Part shown: in pieces, positions 15,001-30,000 of the stretch
Layout of the letters: each line of letters starts with the position of its first letter
How positions within the stretch are numbered: the stretch's first letter is position 1
DNA from: Eledone cirrhosa
Taxonomy: Eukaryota
DNA: 64,000 nt
Assembly: GCA_964016885.1 (NCBI GenBank)
Contig: OZ024757.1
Span: 11,098,001 to 11,162,000, forward strand
Direction of reading: 5' to 3'
Program-made: the position numbers and the translations under genes
The notes under the pieces: model-generated
The model's database searches: none
What the model was told of the DNA's origin: nothing
The model's input: the letters and a program-made list of their open reading frames with translations, nothing else

Positions 15001-18000
15001 ACCCTATCAGTGAAACCCTTTAGTATAGGTCAACTGGGGAATTATAACATATAACCCTATCACTGAAACCGTTTAGTATAGGTCAACTGGGAAATTATAA
15101 CATATAACCCTATCAGTGAAGCCCTTTAGTATAGATCAACTAGGGGATTATAACATATAACCCTATCAATGAAGCCCTTTAGTATAGGTCAACTGGGGAA
15201 TTATAACACATATAACCCTATCAGTGAAGCCCTTTAGTATAGATCAACTGGGAAATTATAACATATATAACCCTATCAGTGAAGCCCTTTAGTATAGGTC
15301 AACTGGGGAATTATAACACATATAACCCTATCAGTGAAGCCCTTTAGTATAGGTCAACTGGGGAATTATGACATTTATAACCCTATCAGTGTAGCCCTTT
15401 AGTATAGGCCAACTGGGGAATTATAACATATAACCCTATCAGTGAAGCCCTTTAGTATAGCTCAACTGGGGAATTATAACAAAACCCTATCAGTGAAGCC
15501 CTTTAGTATAGGTCAACTGGGGAATTATAACACATATAACCCTATCAGTGAAGCCCTTTCGTATAGGTCAACTGGGGAATTATAACATATATAACCCTAT
15601 CAGTGAAGCCCTTTAGTATAGGTCAACTGGGGAATTATAAAATATAACCCTATCAGTGAAGCCCTTTAGTATAGGTCAACTGGGTAATTATTACATTTAT
15701 AACCCTATCAGTGAAGCCCTTTAGTATAGGTCAACTGGGGAATAATAACAAATATAAACCTATGAGTGAAGCCATTTAGTATAGGTCAACTGGGGAATTA
15801 TAACACAACCCTATCAGTGAAGCCCTTTAGTATAGGTCAACTGGGGAATTATTACATTTATAACCCTATCAGTGTAGCCCTTTAGTATAGGTCAACTGGG
15901 GACTTATAACATATAACCCTATCAGTGAAGCCCTTTAGTATAGGTCAACTGGGGAATTATAACACAACCCTTTTAGTGAAACCCTTTAGTATAGGTCAAC
16001 TGGGGAATTATAACATATATAACCCTATCAGTGAAGCCCTTTAGTATAGGTCAACTGGGGAATTATAACATATATTACCTTATCAGTGAAGCGCTTTAGT
16101 ATAAGTCAACTGGGAAATTATAACACACATAACCCTATCAGTGAAGCCCTTTAGTATAGGTCAACTGGGAAATTATAACATATAACGCTATCAGTGGAGC
16201 CCTTTAGTATAGGTCAACTGGGGAATTATAACATATATAAACATATCAGTGAAGCCCTTTAGTATAGGTCAACTGGGGAATTATAACATATACAACCCTA
16301 TCAGTGAAGCCCTTTAATATAGGTCAACTGGGGAATTATAACACATATAACCCTATCAGTGAAGCCTTTTAGTATAGGTCAACTGGGGGATTATAAGACA
16401 TATAATCCTATCAGTGAAGCCCTTTAGTATAGGTCAACTGGGGAATTATAACATATACAACCTTATCAGTGAAGCCCTTTAGTATAGGTCAACTGTGGAA
16501 TTATAACATATAACCCTATCAGTGAAACCCTTTAGTATAGGTCAACTGTAGAATTATAACATATAACCCTATCAGTGAAGCCCTTTAGTATAGGTCAACT
16601 GGGTATTGTAACACAACCCTATCAGTGAATCCCTTTAGTATAGGTCAACTGGGGAATTATAACACATATAACCCTATCAGTGAAGCCCTTTCGTATAGGT
16701 CAACTGGGGAATTATAACATATATAACCCTATCAGTGAAGCCCTTTAGTATAGGTCAACTGGGGAATTATAAAATATAACCCTATCAGTGAAGCCCTTTA
16801 GTATAGGTCAACTGGGGAATTATTACATTTATAACCCTATCAGTGTAGCCCTTTAGTATAGGTCAACTGGGGACTTATAACATATAACCCTATCAGTGAA
16901 GCCCTTTAGTATAGGTCAACTGGGGAATTATAACACAACCCTTTCAGTGAAACCCTTTAGTATAGGTCAACTGGGGAATTATAACATATATAACCCTATC
17001 AGTGAAGCCCTTTAGTATAGGTCAACTGGGGAATTATAACATATATTACCTTATCAGTGAAGCCCTTTAGTATAAGTCAACTGGGAAATTATAAAACACA
17101 TAACCCTATCAGTGAAGCCCTTTAGTATAGGTCAACTGGGAAATTATAACATATAACGCTATCAGTGGAGCCCTTTAGTATAGGTCAACTGGGGAATTAT
17201 AACATATATAAACATATCAGTGAAGCCCTTTAGTATAGGTCAACTGGGGAATTATAATATATACAACCCTATCAGTGAAGCCCTTTAATATAGGTCAACT
17301 GGGGAATTATAACACATATAACCCTATCAGTGAAGCCTTTTAGTATAGGTCAACTGGGGGATTATAAGACATATAATCCTATCAGTGAAGCCCTTTAGTA
17401 TAGGTCAACTGGGGAATTATAACATATACAACCCTATCAGTGAAGCCCTTTAGTATAGCTCAACTGTGGAATTATAACATATAACCCTATCAGTGAAACC
17501 CTTTAGTATAGGTCAACTGGGGAATTATAACATATAACCCTATCACTGAAACCGTTTAGTATAGGTCAACTGGGAAATTATAACATATAACCCTATCAGT
17601 GAAGCCCTTTAGTATAGATCAACTAGGGGATTATAACATATAACCCTATCAATGAAGCCCTTTAGTATAGGTCAACTGGGGAATTATAACACATATAACC
17701 CTATCAGTGAAGCCCTTTAGTATAGAGCAACTGGGAAATTATAACATATATAACCCTATCAGTGAAGCCCTTTAGTATAGGTCAACTGGGGAATTATAAC
17801 ACATATAACCCTATCAGTGAAGCCCTTTAGTATAGGTCAACTGGGGAATTATGACATTTATAACCCTATCAGTGTAGCCCTTTAGTATAGGCCAACTGGG
17901 GAATTATAACACATATAACCCTATCAGTGAAGCCCTTTCGTATAGGTCAACTGGGGAATTATAACATATATAACCCTATCAGTGAAGCCCTTTAGTATAG

Positions 18001-21000
18001 GTCAACTGGGGAATTATAAAATATAACCCTATCAGTGAAGCCCTTTAGTATAGGTCAACTGGGGAATTATAACACATATAACCTTATCAGTGAAGCCCTT
18101 TCGTATAGGTCAACTGGGGAATTATAACATATATAACCCTATCAGTGAAGCCCTTTAGTATAGGTCAACTGGGGAATTATAAAATATAACCCTATCAGTG
18201 AAGCCCTTTAGTATAGGTCAACTGGGGAATTATTACATTTATAACCCTATCAGTGAAGCCCTTTAGTATAGGTCAACTGGGGAATAATAACAAATATAAA
18301 CCTATGAGTGAAGCCATTTAGTATAGGTCAACTGGGGAATTATAACACAACCCTATCAGTGAAGCCCTTTAGTACAGGTCAACAGGGGAATTATAACATA
18401 TAACCCTATCAGTGAAGCCCTTTAATATAGTTCAACTGGGAAATTATAACATATATAACCCTATAAGTGAAGCCCTTTAGTATAGGTCAACTGGGGAATT
18501 GTAACATATATAACCCTATCACTGAAGCCGTTTAGTATAGGTCAACTGGGGAATTATAACATATAACCCTATTAGTGAAGCCCTTTAGTATAGGTCAACT
18601 GGGGAATTGTAACACAACCCTATCAGTGAATCCCGTTAGTATAGGTCAACTGGGGAATTATCACATATTCAACCATATCAGTGAAGCCATTTAGTATAGG
18701 TCAACTGGGAAATTATAACATATAACCCTATGAGTGAAGCCTTTTAGTATAGGTCAACTGTGGGATTATAAGACATATAACCCTATCAGTGAAGCCCTTT
18801 AGTATAGGTCAACTGGGGAATTATAACAAATATAAACCTATCAGTGAAGCCCTTTAGTATAGGTCAACTGGGAAATTATATCATATATAACCCTATCAGT
18901 GAAGCCCTTTAGTATAGGTCAACTGGGGAATTATAACTCAACCCTATCAATGATGCATTTTAGTATAGGTCAACTGGGAAATTATAACATATAACCCTAT
19001 CAGTGAAGCCCTTTAGTATAGGTCAACTGGGGAATTGTAACATATATAACCCTATCACTGAAGCCGTTTAGTATAGGTCAACTGTAGAATTATAACATAT
19101 AACCCTATCAGTGAAGCCCTTTAGTATAGGTCAACTGGGTATTGTAACACAACCCTATCAGTGAATCCCTTTAGTATAGGTCAACTGGGGAATTATAACA
19201 TATAACCCTATCAGTGAAGCCCTTTAGTATAGGTCAACTGGGGAATTATAACACATATAACCCTATCAGTGAAGCCCTTTCGTATAGGTCAACTGGGGAA
19301 TTATAACATATATAACCCTACCAGTGAAGCCCTTTAGTATAGGTCAACTGGGGAATTATAAAATATAACCCTATCAGTGAAGCCCTTTAGTATAGGTCAA
19401 CTGGGGAATTATTACATTTATAACCCTATCAGTGTAGCCCTTTAGTATAGGTCAACTGGGGACTTATAACATATAACCCTATCAGTGAAGCCCTTTAGTA
19501 TAGGTCAACTGGGGAATTATAACACAACCCTTTCAGTGAAACCCTTTAGTATAGGTCAACTGGGGAATTATAACATATATAACCCTATCAGTGAAGCCCT
19601 TTAGTATAGGTCAACTGGGGAATTATAACATATATTACCTTATCAGTGAAGCGCTTTAGTATAAGTCAACTGGGAAATTATAACACACATAACCCTATCA
19701 GTGAAGCCCTTTAGTATAGGTCAACTGGGAAATTATAACATATAACGCTATCAGTGGAGCCCTTTAGTATAGGTCAACTGGGGAATTATAACATATATAA
19801 ACATATCAGTGAAGCCCTTTAGTATAGGTCAACTGGGGAATTATAACATATACAACCCTATCAGTGAAGCCCTTTAATATAGGTCAACTGGGGAATTATA
19901 ACACATATAACCCTATCAGTGAAGCCTTTTAGTATAGGTCAACTGGGGGATTATAAGACATATAATCCTATCAGTGAAGCCCTTTAGTATAGGTCAACTG
20001 GGGAATTATAACATATACAACCCTATCAGTGAAGCCCTTTAGTATAGGTCAACTGTGGAATTATAACATATAACCCTATCAGTGAAACCCTTTAGTATAG
20101 GTCAACTGGGGAATTATAACATATAACCCTATCACTGAAACCGTTTAGTATAGGTCAACTGGGAAATTATAACATATAACCCTATCAGTGAAGCCCTTTA
20201 GTATAGATCAACTAGGGGATTATAACATATAACCCTATCAATGAAGCCCTTTAGTATAGGTCAACTGGGGAATTATAACACATATAACCCTATCAGTGAA
20301 GCCCTTTAGTATAGATCAACTGGGAAATTATAACATATATAACCCTATCAGTGAAGCCCTTTAGTATAGGTCAACTGGGGAATTATAACACATATAACCC
20401 TATCAGTGAAGCCCTTTAGTATAGGTCAACTGGTGAATTATGACATTTATAACCCTATCAGTGTAGCCCTTTAGTATAGGCCAACTGGGGAATTATAACA
20501 TATAACCCTATCAGTGAAGTCCTTTAGTATAGGTCAACTGGGGAATTATAACACAACCTTTTCAGTGAAACCCTTTAGTATAGGTCAAATGGGAAATTAT
20601 AACACAACCCTTTCAGTGCAGCCCTTTAGCATAGGTTCACTGAGGAATTATAACATATATAACACTATCAGTGAAGCCTTTAGTATAGGTCAACTGGGGA
20701 ATTATAACATATATAACCCTATCAGTGAAGCCCTTTAGTATAGGTCAATTGGGGAATTATAACACATATAACTCTATCAGTGAAGCCCTTTAGTATAGGT
20801 CAAACGGGGAATTATAACATATAACCTTATCAGTGAAGCTCTTTTATATAGGTCAACTGGGGAATTATAACATATACGACCCTATCAGTGAAGTCCTTTA
20901 GTATAGGGCAACTGGGTGATTATAACATATAACCCTATCTGTGAAGCCCTTTAGTATAGGTCAACTGGGGAATTATAAAATATAACTCTATCAGTGAAGC

Positions 21001-24000
21001 CCTTTAGGATAGGTCAACAGGGGAATTATAACATATAACCCTATCAGTGAAGCCATTTAATATAGTTCAACTGGGAAATTATAACATATATAACCGTATA
21101 AGTGAAGCGCTTTACTATAGGTCAACTGGGGAATTATAACACAACCCTATCAGTGAAGCCCTTTAGTATAGGTCAACTGGGGAATTATAACATATACAAC
21201 CCTATCAGTGAAGCCCTTTAATATATGTCAACTGGGGAATTATAAAATATAACCCTATCAGTGAAGCCTTTTAGTATAGGTCAACTGGGGGATTATAAGA
21301 CATATAACCCTATCAGTGAAGTCCTTTAGTATAGGTCAACTGGGGAATTATAACAAATATAAACCTATCAGTGAAGCCCTTTAGTATAGGTCAACTGGGA
21401 AATTATATCATATATAACCCTATCAGTGAAGCCCTTTAGTATAGGTCAACTGGGGAATTATAACTCAACCCTATCAATGATGCCTTTGTGTATAGGTCAA
21501 CTGGAAAATTATAACATATAACCCTATCAGTGAAGCCCTTTAGTATAGGTCAACTGGGGAATTATAACAAATATAAACCTATCAGTGAAGCCCTTTAGTA
21601 TAGGTCAACTGGGGAATTGTAACATATATAACCCTATCACTGAAGCCGTTTAGTATAGGTCAGCTGTAGAATTATAACATATAACCCTATCAGTGAAGCC
21701 CTTTAGTATAGGTCAACTGTGTATTGTAACACAACCCTATCAGTGAATCCCTTTAGTATAGGTCAACTGGGGAATTATAACATATAACCCTATCAGTGAA
21801 GCCCTTTAGTATAGGTCAACTGGGGAATTATTACATTTATAACCCTATCAGTGTAGCCCTTTAGTATAGGTCAACTGGGGACTTATAACATATAACCCTA
21901 TCAGTGAAGCCCTTTAGTTTAGGTCAACTGGGGAATTATAACACAACCCTTTCAGTGAAACCCTTTAGTATAGGTCAACTGGGGAATTATAACATATATA
22001 ACCCTGTCAGTGAAGCCCTTTAGTATAGGTCAACTGGGGAATTATAACATATATTACCTTATCAGTGAAGCCCTTTAGTATAAGTCAACTGGGAAATTAT
22101 AACACACATAACCCTATCAGTGAAGCCCTTTAGTATAGGTCAACTGGGAAATTATAACATATAACGCTATCAGTGGAGCCCTTTAGTATAGGTCAACTGG
22201 GGAATTATAACATATATAAACATATCAGTGAAGCCCTTTAGTATAGGTCAACTGGGGAATTATAACATATACAACCCTATCAGTGAAGCCCTTTAATATA
22301 GGTCAACTGGGGAATTATAACACATATAACCCTATCAGTGAAGCCTTTTAGTATAGGTCAACTGGGGGATTATAAGACATATAATCCTATCAGTGAAGCC
22401 CTTTAGTATAGGTCAACTGGGGAATTATAACATATACAACCCTATCAGTGAAGCCCTTTAGTATAGGTCAACTGTGGAATTATAACATATAACCCTATCA
22501 GTGAAACCCTTTAGTATAGGTCAACTGGGGAATTATAACATATAACCCTATCACTGAAACCGTTTAGTATAGGTCAACTGGGAAATTATAACATATAACC
22601 CTATCAGTGAAGCCCTTTAGTATAGATCAACTAGGGGATTATAACATATAACCCTATCAATGAAGCCCTTTAGTATAGGTCAACTGGGGAATTATAACAC
22701 ATATAACCCTATCAGTGAAGCCCTTTAGTATAGATCAACTGGGAAATTATAACATATATAACCCTATCAGTGAAGCCCTTTAGTATAGGTCAACTGGGGA
22801 ATTATAACACATATAACCCTATCAGTGAAGCCCTTTAGTATAGGTCAACTGGGGAATTATGACATTTATAACCCTATCAGTGTAGCCCTTTAGTATAGGC
22901 CAACTGGGGAATTATAACATATAACCCTATCAGTGAAGTCCTTTAGTATAGGTCAACTGGGTAATTATAACACAACCTTTTCAGTGAAACCCTTTAGTAT
23001 AGGTCAAATGGGAAATTATAACACAACCCTTTCAGTGCAGCCCTTCAGTATAGGTTAACTTTGGAATTATAACATATATAACTCTATCAGTGAAGCCTTT
23101 AGTATAGGTCAACTGGGGAATTATAACATATATAACCCTATCAGTGAAGCCTTTAGTATAGGTCAACTGGGGAATTATAACACATATAACCCTATCAGTG
23201 AAGCCCTTTAGTATAGGTCAAACGGGGAATTATAACATATAACCTTATCAGTGAAGCTCTTTAATATAGGTCAACTGGGGAATTATAACATATACGACCC
23301 TATCAGTGTAGTCCTTTAGTATAGGGCAACTGGGTGATTATAACATATAACCCTATCTGTGAAGCCCTTTAGTATAGGTCAACTGGGGAATTATAAAATA
23401 TAACTCTATCAGTGAAGCCCTTTAGGATAGGTCAACAGGGGAATTATAACATATAACCCTATCAGTGAAGCCATTTAATATAGTTCAACTGGGAAATTAT
23501 AACATATATAACCGTATAAGTGAAGCCCTTTACTATAGGTCAACTGGGGAATTATAACACAACCCTATCAGTGGAGCCCTTTAGTATAGGTCAACTGGGG
23601 AATTATAACATATACAACCCTATCAGTGAAGCCCTTTAATATATGTCAACTGGGGAATTATAAAATATAACCCTATCAGTGAAGCCTTTTAGTATAGGTC
23701 AACTGGGGGATTATAAGACATATAACCCTATCAGTGAAGCCCTTTAGTATAGGTCAACTGGGGAATTATAACTCAACCCTATCAATGATGCCTTTGTGTA
23801 TAGGTCAACTAGGAAATTATAACATATAACCCTATCAGTGAAGCCCTTTAGTATAGGTCAACTGGGGAATTGTAACATATATAACCCTATCACTGAAGCC
23901 GTTTAGTATAGGTCAACTGGGGAATTATAACATATAACCCTATCAGTGAAGCCCTTTAGGATAGGTCAACTCTAGAATTATAACATATAATCCTATCAGT

Positions 24001-27000
24001 GAAGCCCTTTAGTATAGGTCAACTGGGTATTGTAACACAACCCTATCAGTGAATCCCTTTAGTATAGGTCAACTGGGGAATTATAACATATAACCCTATC
24101 AGTGAAGCCCTTTAGTATAGGTCAACTAGGGGATTATAACATATAACCATATCAGTGAGGCCCTTTAGTATAGGTCAACTGGGGAATTATAACAAAACCC
24201 TATCAGTGAAGCCCTTTAGTATAGGTCAACTGGGGAATTATAACACATATAACCCTATCAGTGAAGCCCTTTCGTATAGGTCAACTGGGGAATTATAACA
24301 TATATAACCCTATCAGTGAAGCCCTTTAGTATAGGTCAACTGGGGAATTATAAAATATAACCCTATCAGTGAAGCCCTTTAGTATAGGTCAAATGGGAAA
24401 TTCTAACACAACCCTTTCAGTGCAGCCATTTAGTATAGGTCAACTGGGGAATTATATTATATATAACCCTATCAGTGAATCCCTTTAGTATATGTCAACT
24501 GGGGAATTATAACATATAACCCTATCAGTGAAGCCCTTTAGTATAGGTCAACTAGGGGATTATAACATATATAACCCTATCAGTGAAGCCCTTTAGTATA
24601 GATCAACTAGGGGATTATAACATATAACCCTATCAATGAAGCCCTTTAGTATAGGTCAACTGGGGAATTATAACATATATAACACTATCAGTGAAGCCAT
24701 TTAATATAGGTCAACTGGGGTACTATAACATATAACCCTATCAGTGAAGCCCTTTAGGATAGGTCAACTGGGGAATTATAACATATACAACCCTATCAGT
24801 GAAGCCCTTTAATATAGGTCAACTGGGGAATTATAACACATATAACCCTATCAGTGAAGCCTTTTAGTATAGGTCAACTGGGGGATTATAAGACATATAA
24901 CCCTATCAGTGAAGCCCTTTAGTATAGGTCAACTGGGGAATTATAACACATATAACCCTATCAGTGAAACCCTTTAGTATAGGGCAACTGGGGAATTATG
25001 ACATTTATAACCCTATCAGTGTAGCCCTTTAGTATAGGCCAACTGGGGAATTATAACATATAACCCTATCAGTGAAGTCCTTTAGTATAGGTCAACTGGG
25101 GAATTATAACACAACCCTTTCAGTGAAACCCTTTAGTATAGGTCAAATGGGAAATTATAACACAACCCTTTCAGTGCAGCCATTTAGTATAGGTCAACTG
25201 GGGAATTATAACATATATAACCCTATCAGTGAAGCCCTTTAGTATAGGTCAATTGGGAAATTGTAACATATATAACCCTATCACTGAAGCCGTTTAGTAT
25301 AGGTCAACTGGGGAATTATAACATATTACCCTATCAGTGAAGCCCTTTAGGATAGGTCAACTCTAGAATTATAACATATAACCCTATCAGTGAAGCCCTT
25401 TAGTATAGGTCAACTGGGGAATTATAACATATAACCCTATCAGCGAAGCCCTTTAGTATAGGTCAACTGGGGAATTGTAACATATATAACCCTATCACTG
25501 AAGCCGTTTAGTATAGGTCAACTGGGGAATTATAACATATAACCCTATCAGTGAAGCCCTTTAGGATAGGTCAACTCTAGAATTATAACATATAATCCTA
25601 TCAGTGAAGCCCTTTAGTATAGGTCAACTGGGTATTGTAACACAACCCTATCAGTGAATCCCTTTAGTATAGGTCAACTGGGGAATTATAACATATAACC
25701 CTATCAGTGAAGCCCTTTAGTATAGGTCAACTAGGGGATTATAACATATAACCATATCAGTGAGGCCCTTTAGTATAGGTCAACTGGGGAATTATAACAA
25801 AACCCTATCAGTGAAGCCCTTTAGTATAGGTCAACTGGGGAATTATAACACATATAACCCTATCAGTGAAGCCCTTTCGTATAGGTCAACTGGGGAATTA
25901 TAACATATATAACCCTATCAGTGAAGCCCTTTAGTATAGGTCAACTGGGGAATTATAAAATATAACCCTATCAGTGAAGCCCTTTAGTATAGGTCAACTG
26001 GGGAATTATTACATTTATAACCCTATCAGTGTAGCCCTTTAGTATAGGTCAACTGGGGACTTATAACATATAACCCTATCAGTGAAGCCCTTTAGTATAG
26101 GTCAACTGGGGAATTATAAAACAACCCTTTCAGTGAAACCCTTTAGTATAGGTAAAATGGGAAATTATAACACAACCCTTTCAGTGCAGCCCTTTAGTAT
26201 AGGTCAACTGGGGAATTATAACACAACCCTATCAGTGATGCCCTTTAGTATAGGTCAACAGGGGAATTACAACATATAACCCTATCAGTGAAGCCCTTTA
26301 ATATAGTTCAACTGGGAAATTATAACATATATAACCCTATAAGTGAAGCCCTTTAGTATAGGTCAACTGGGGAATTATAACACAACCCTATCAGTGAAGC
26401 CCTTTAGTATAGGTCAACTGGGGAATTATAACATATACAACCCTATCAGTGAAGTCCTTTAATATAGGTCAACTGGGGAATTATAAAATATAACCCTATC
26501 GGTGAAGCCTTTTAGTATAGGTCAACTGGGGAATTATAACACAACCCTTTCAGTGAAACCCTTTAGTATAGGTCAAATGGGAAATTATAACACAACCCTT
26601 TCAGTGCAGCCCTTTAGTATAGGTCAACTGGGGAATTATAACATATATAACCCTATCAGGGAAGCCTTTAGTATAGGTCAACTGGGGGATTATATGACAT
26701 ATAACCCTATCAGTGAAGCCCTTTAGTATAGGTCAACTGGGGAATTATAACAATATAAACCTATCAGTGAAGTCCTTTAGTATAGGTCAACTGGGAAATT
26801 ATATCATATATAACCCTATCAGTGAAGCCCTTTAGTATAGGTCAACTGGGGAATTATAACTCAACCCTATCAATGATGCCTTTGTGTATAGGTCAACTGG
26901 GAAATTATAACATATAATCCGATCAGTGAAGCCCTTTAGTATAGGTCAACTGGGTATTGTAACACAACCCTATCAGTGAATCCCTTTAGTATAGGTCAAC

Positions 27001-30000
27001 TGGGGAATTATAACATATAACCCTATCAGTGAAGCCCTTTAGTATAGGTCAACTAGGGGATTATAACATATAACCATATCAGTGAAGCCCTTTAGTATAG
27101 GTCAACTGGGGAATTATAACAAAACCCTATCAGTGAAGCCCTTTAGTATAGGTCAACTGGGGAATTATAACACATATAACCCTATCAGTGAAGCCCTTTC
27201 GTATAGGTCAACTGGGGAATTATAACATATATAACCCTATCAGTGAAGCCCTTTAGTATAGGTCAACTGGGGAATTATAAAATATAACCCTATCAGTGAA
27301 GCCCTTTAGTATAGGTCAACTGGGGAATTATAACATATTACCCTATCAGTGAAGCCCTTTAGGATAGGTCAACTCTAGAATTATAACATATAACCCTATC
27401 AGTGAAGCCCTTTAGTATAGGTCAACTGGGGAATTATAACATATAACCCTATCAGCGAAGCCCTTTAGTATAGGTCAACTACGGGATTATAACATATAAC
27501 CATATCAGTGAAGCCCTTTAGTATAGGTCAACTGGGAAATTATAACATATATAACCCTATCAGTGAAGCCCTTTAGTATAGGTCAACTGGGGAATTATAA
27601 CACATATAACCCTATCAGTGAAGCCCTTTAGTATAGGTCAACTGGGGAATTATGACATTTATAACCCTATCAGTGTAGCCCTTTAGTATAGGCCAACTGG
27701 GGAATTATAACATATAACCCTATCAGTGAAGTCCTTTAGTATAGGTCAACTGGGGAATTATAACACAACCTTTTCAGTGAAACCCTTTAGTATAGGTCAA
27801 ATGGGAAATTATAACACAACCCTTTCAGTGCAGCCCTTTAGTATAGGTTAACTGAGGAATTATAACATATATAACCCTATCAGTGAAGCCTTTAGTATAG
27901 GTCAACTGGGGAATTATAACATATATAACCCTATCAGTGAAGCCCTTTAGTATAGGTCAATTGGGGAATTATAACACATATAACCCTATCAGTGAAGCCC
28001 TTTAGTATAGGTCAAACGGGGAATTATAACATATAACCTTATCAGTGAAGCTCTTTAATATAGGTCAACTGGGGAATTATAACATATACGACCCTATCAG
28101 TGAAGTCCTTTAGTATAGGGCAACTGGGTGATTATAACATATAACCCTATCTGTGAAGCCCTTTAGTATAGGTCAACTGGGGAATTATAAAATATAACTC
28201 TATCAGTGAAGCCCTTTAGGATAGGTCAACAGGGGAATTATAACATATAACCCTATCAGTGAAGCCATTTAATATAATTCAACTGGGAAATTATAACATA
28301 TATAACCGTATAAGTGAAGCCCTTTACTATAGGTCAACTGGGGAATTATAACACAACCCTATCAGTGAAGCCCTTTAGTATAGGTCAACTGGGGAATTAT
28401 AACATATACAACCCTATCAGTGAAGCCCTTTAATATATGTCAACTGGGGAATTATAAAATATAACCCTATCAGTGAAGCCTTTTAGTATAGGTCAACTGG
28501 GGGATTATAAGACATATAACCCTATCAGTGAAGCCCTTTTGTATAGGTCAACTGGGGAATTATAACTCAACCCTATCAATGATGCCTTTGTGTATAGGTC
28601 AACTGGGAAATTATAACATATAACCCTATCAGTGAAGCCCTTTAGTATAGGTCAACTGGGGAATTGTAACATATATAACCCTATCACTGAAGCCGTTTAG
28701 TATAGGTCAACTGGGGAATTATAACATATAACCCTATCAGTGAAGCCTTTTAGGATAGGTCAACTCTAGAATTATAACATATAATCCTATCAGTGAAGCC
28801 CTTTAGTATAGGTCAACTGGGTATTGTAACACAACCCTATCAGTGAATCCCTTTAGTATAGGTCAACTGGGGAATTATAACATATAACCCTATCAGTGAA
28901 GCCCTTTAGTATAGGTCAACTAGGGGATTATAACATATAACCATATCAGTGAGGCCCTTTAGTATAGGTCAACTGGGGAATTAAAACAAAACCCTATCAG
29001 TGAAGCCCTTTAGTATAGGTCAACTGGGGAATTATAACACATATAACCCTATCAGTGAAGCCCTTTCGTATAGGTCAACTGGGGAATTATAACATATATA
29101 ACCCTATCAGTGAAGCCCTTTAGTATAGGTCAACTGGGGAATTATAAAATATAACCCTATCAGTGAAGCCCTTTAGTATAGGTCAACTGGGGAATTATTA
29201 CATTTATAACCCTATCAGTGTAGCCCTTTAGTATAGGTCAACTGGGGACTTATAACATATAACCCTATCAGTGAAGCCCTTTAGTATAGGTCAACTGGGG
29301 AATTATAAAACAACCCTTTCAGTGAAACCCTTTAGTATAGGTCAAATGGGAAATTCTAACACAACCCTTTCAGTGCAGCCATTTAGTATAGGTCAACTGG
29401 GGAATTATATTATATATAACCCTATCAGTGAATCCCTTTAGTATATGTCAACTGGGGAATTATAACATATAACCCTATCAGTGAAGCCCTTTAGTATAGG
29501 TCAACTAGGGGATTATAACATATATAACCCTATCAGTGAAGCCCTTTTGTATAGGTCAACTGGGAAATTATAACATATATAACACTATCAGTGAAGCCCT
29601 TTAATATAGGTCAACTGGGGTACTATAACATATAACCCTATCAGTGAAGCCCTTTAGGATAGGTCAACTGGGGAATTATAACGTATACAACCCTATCAGT
29701 GAAGCCCTTTAATATAGGTCAACTGGGGAATTATAACACATATAACCCTATCAGTGAAGCCTTTTAGTATAGGTCAACTGGGGGATTATAAGACATATAA
29801 CCCTATCAGTGAAGCCCTTTAGTATAGGTCAACTGGGGAATTATAACATATACAACCCTATCAGTGAAGCCCTTTAGTATAGGTCAACTGGGGAATTATA
29901 ACATATAACCCTATCATTGAAACCCTTTAGTATAGCTCAACTGGGGAATTATAACATATAACCCTATCACTGAAACCGTTTAGTATAGGTCAACTGGGAA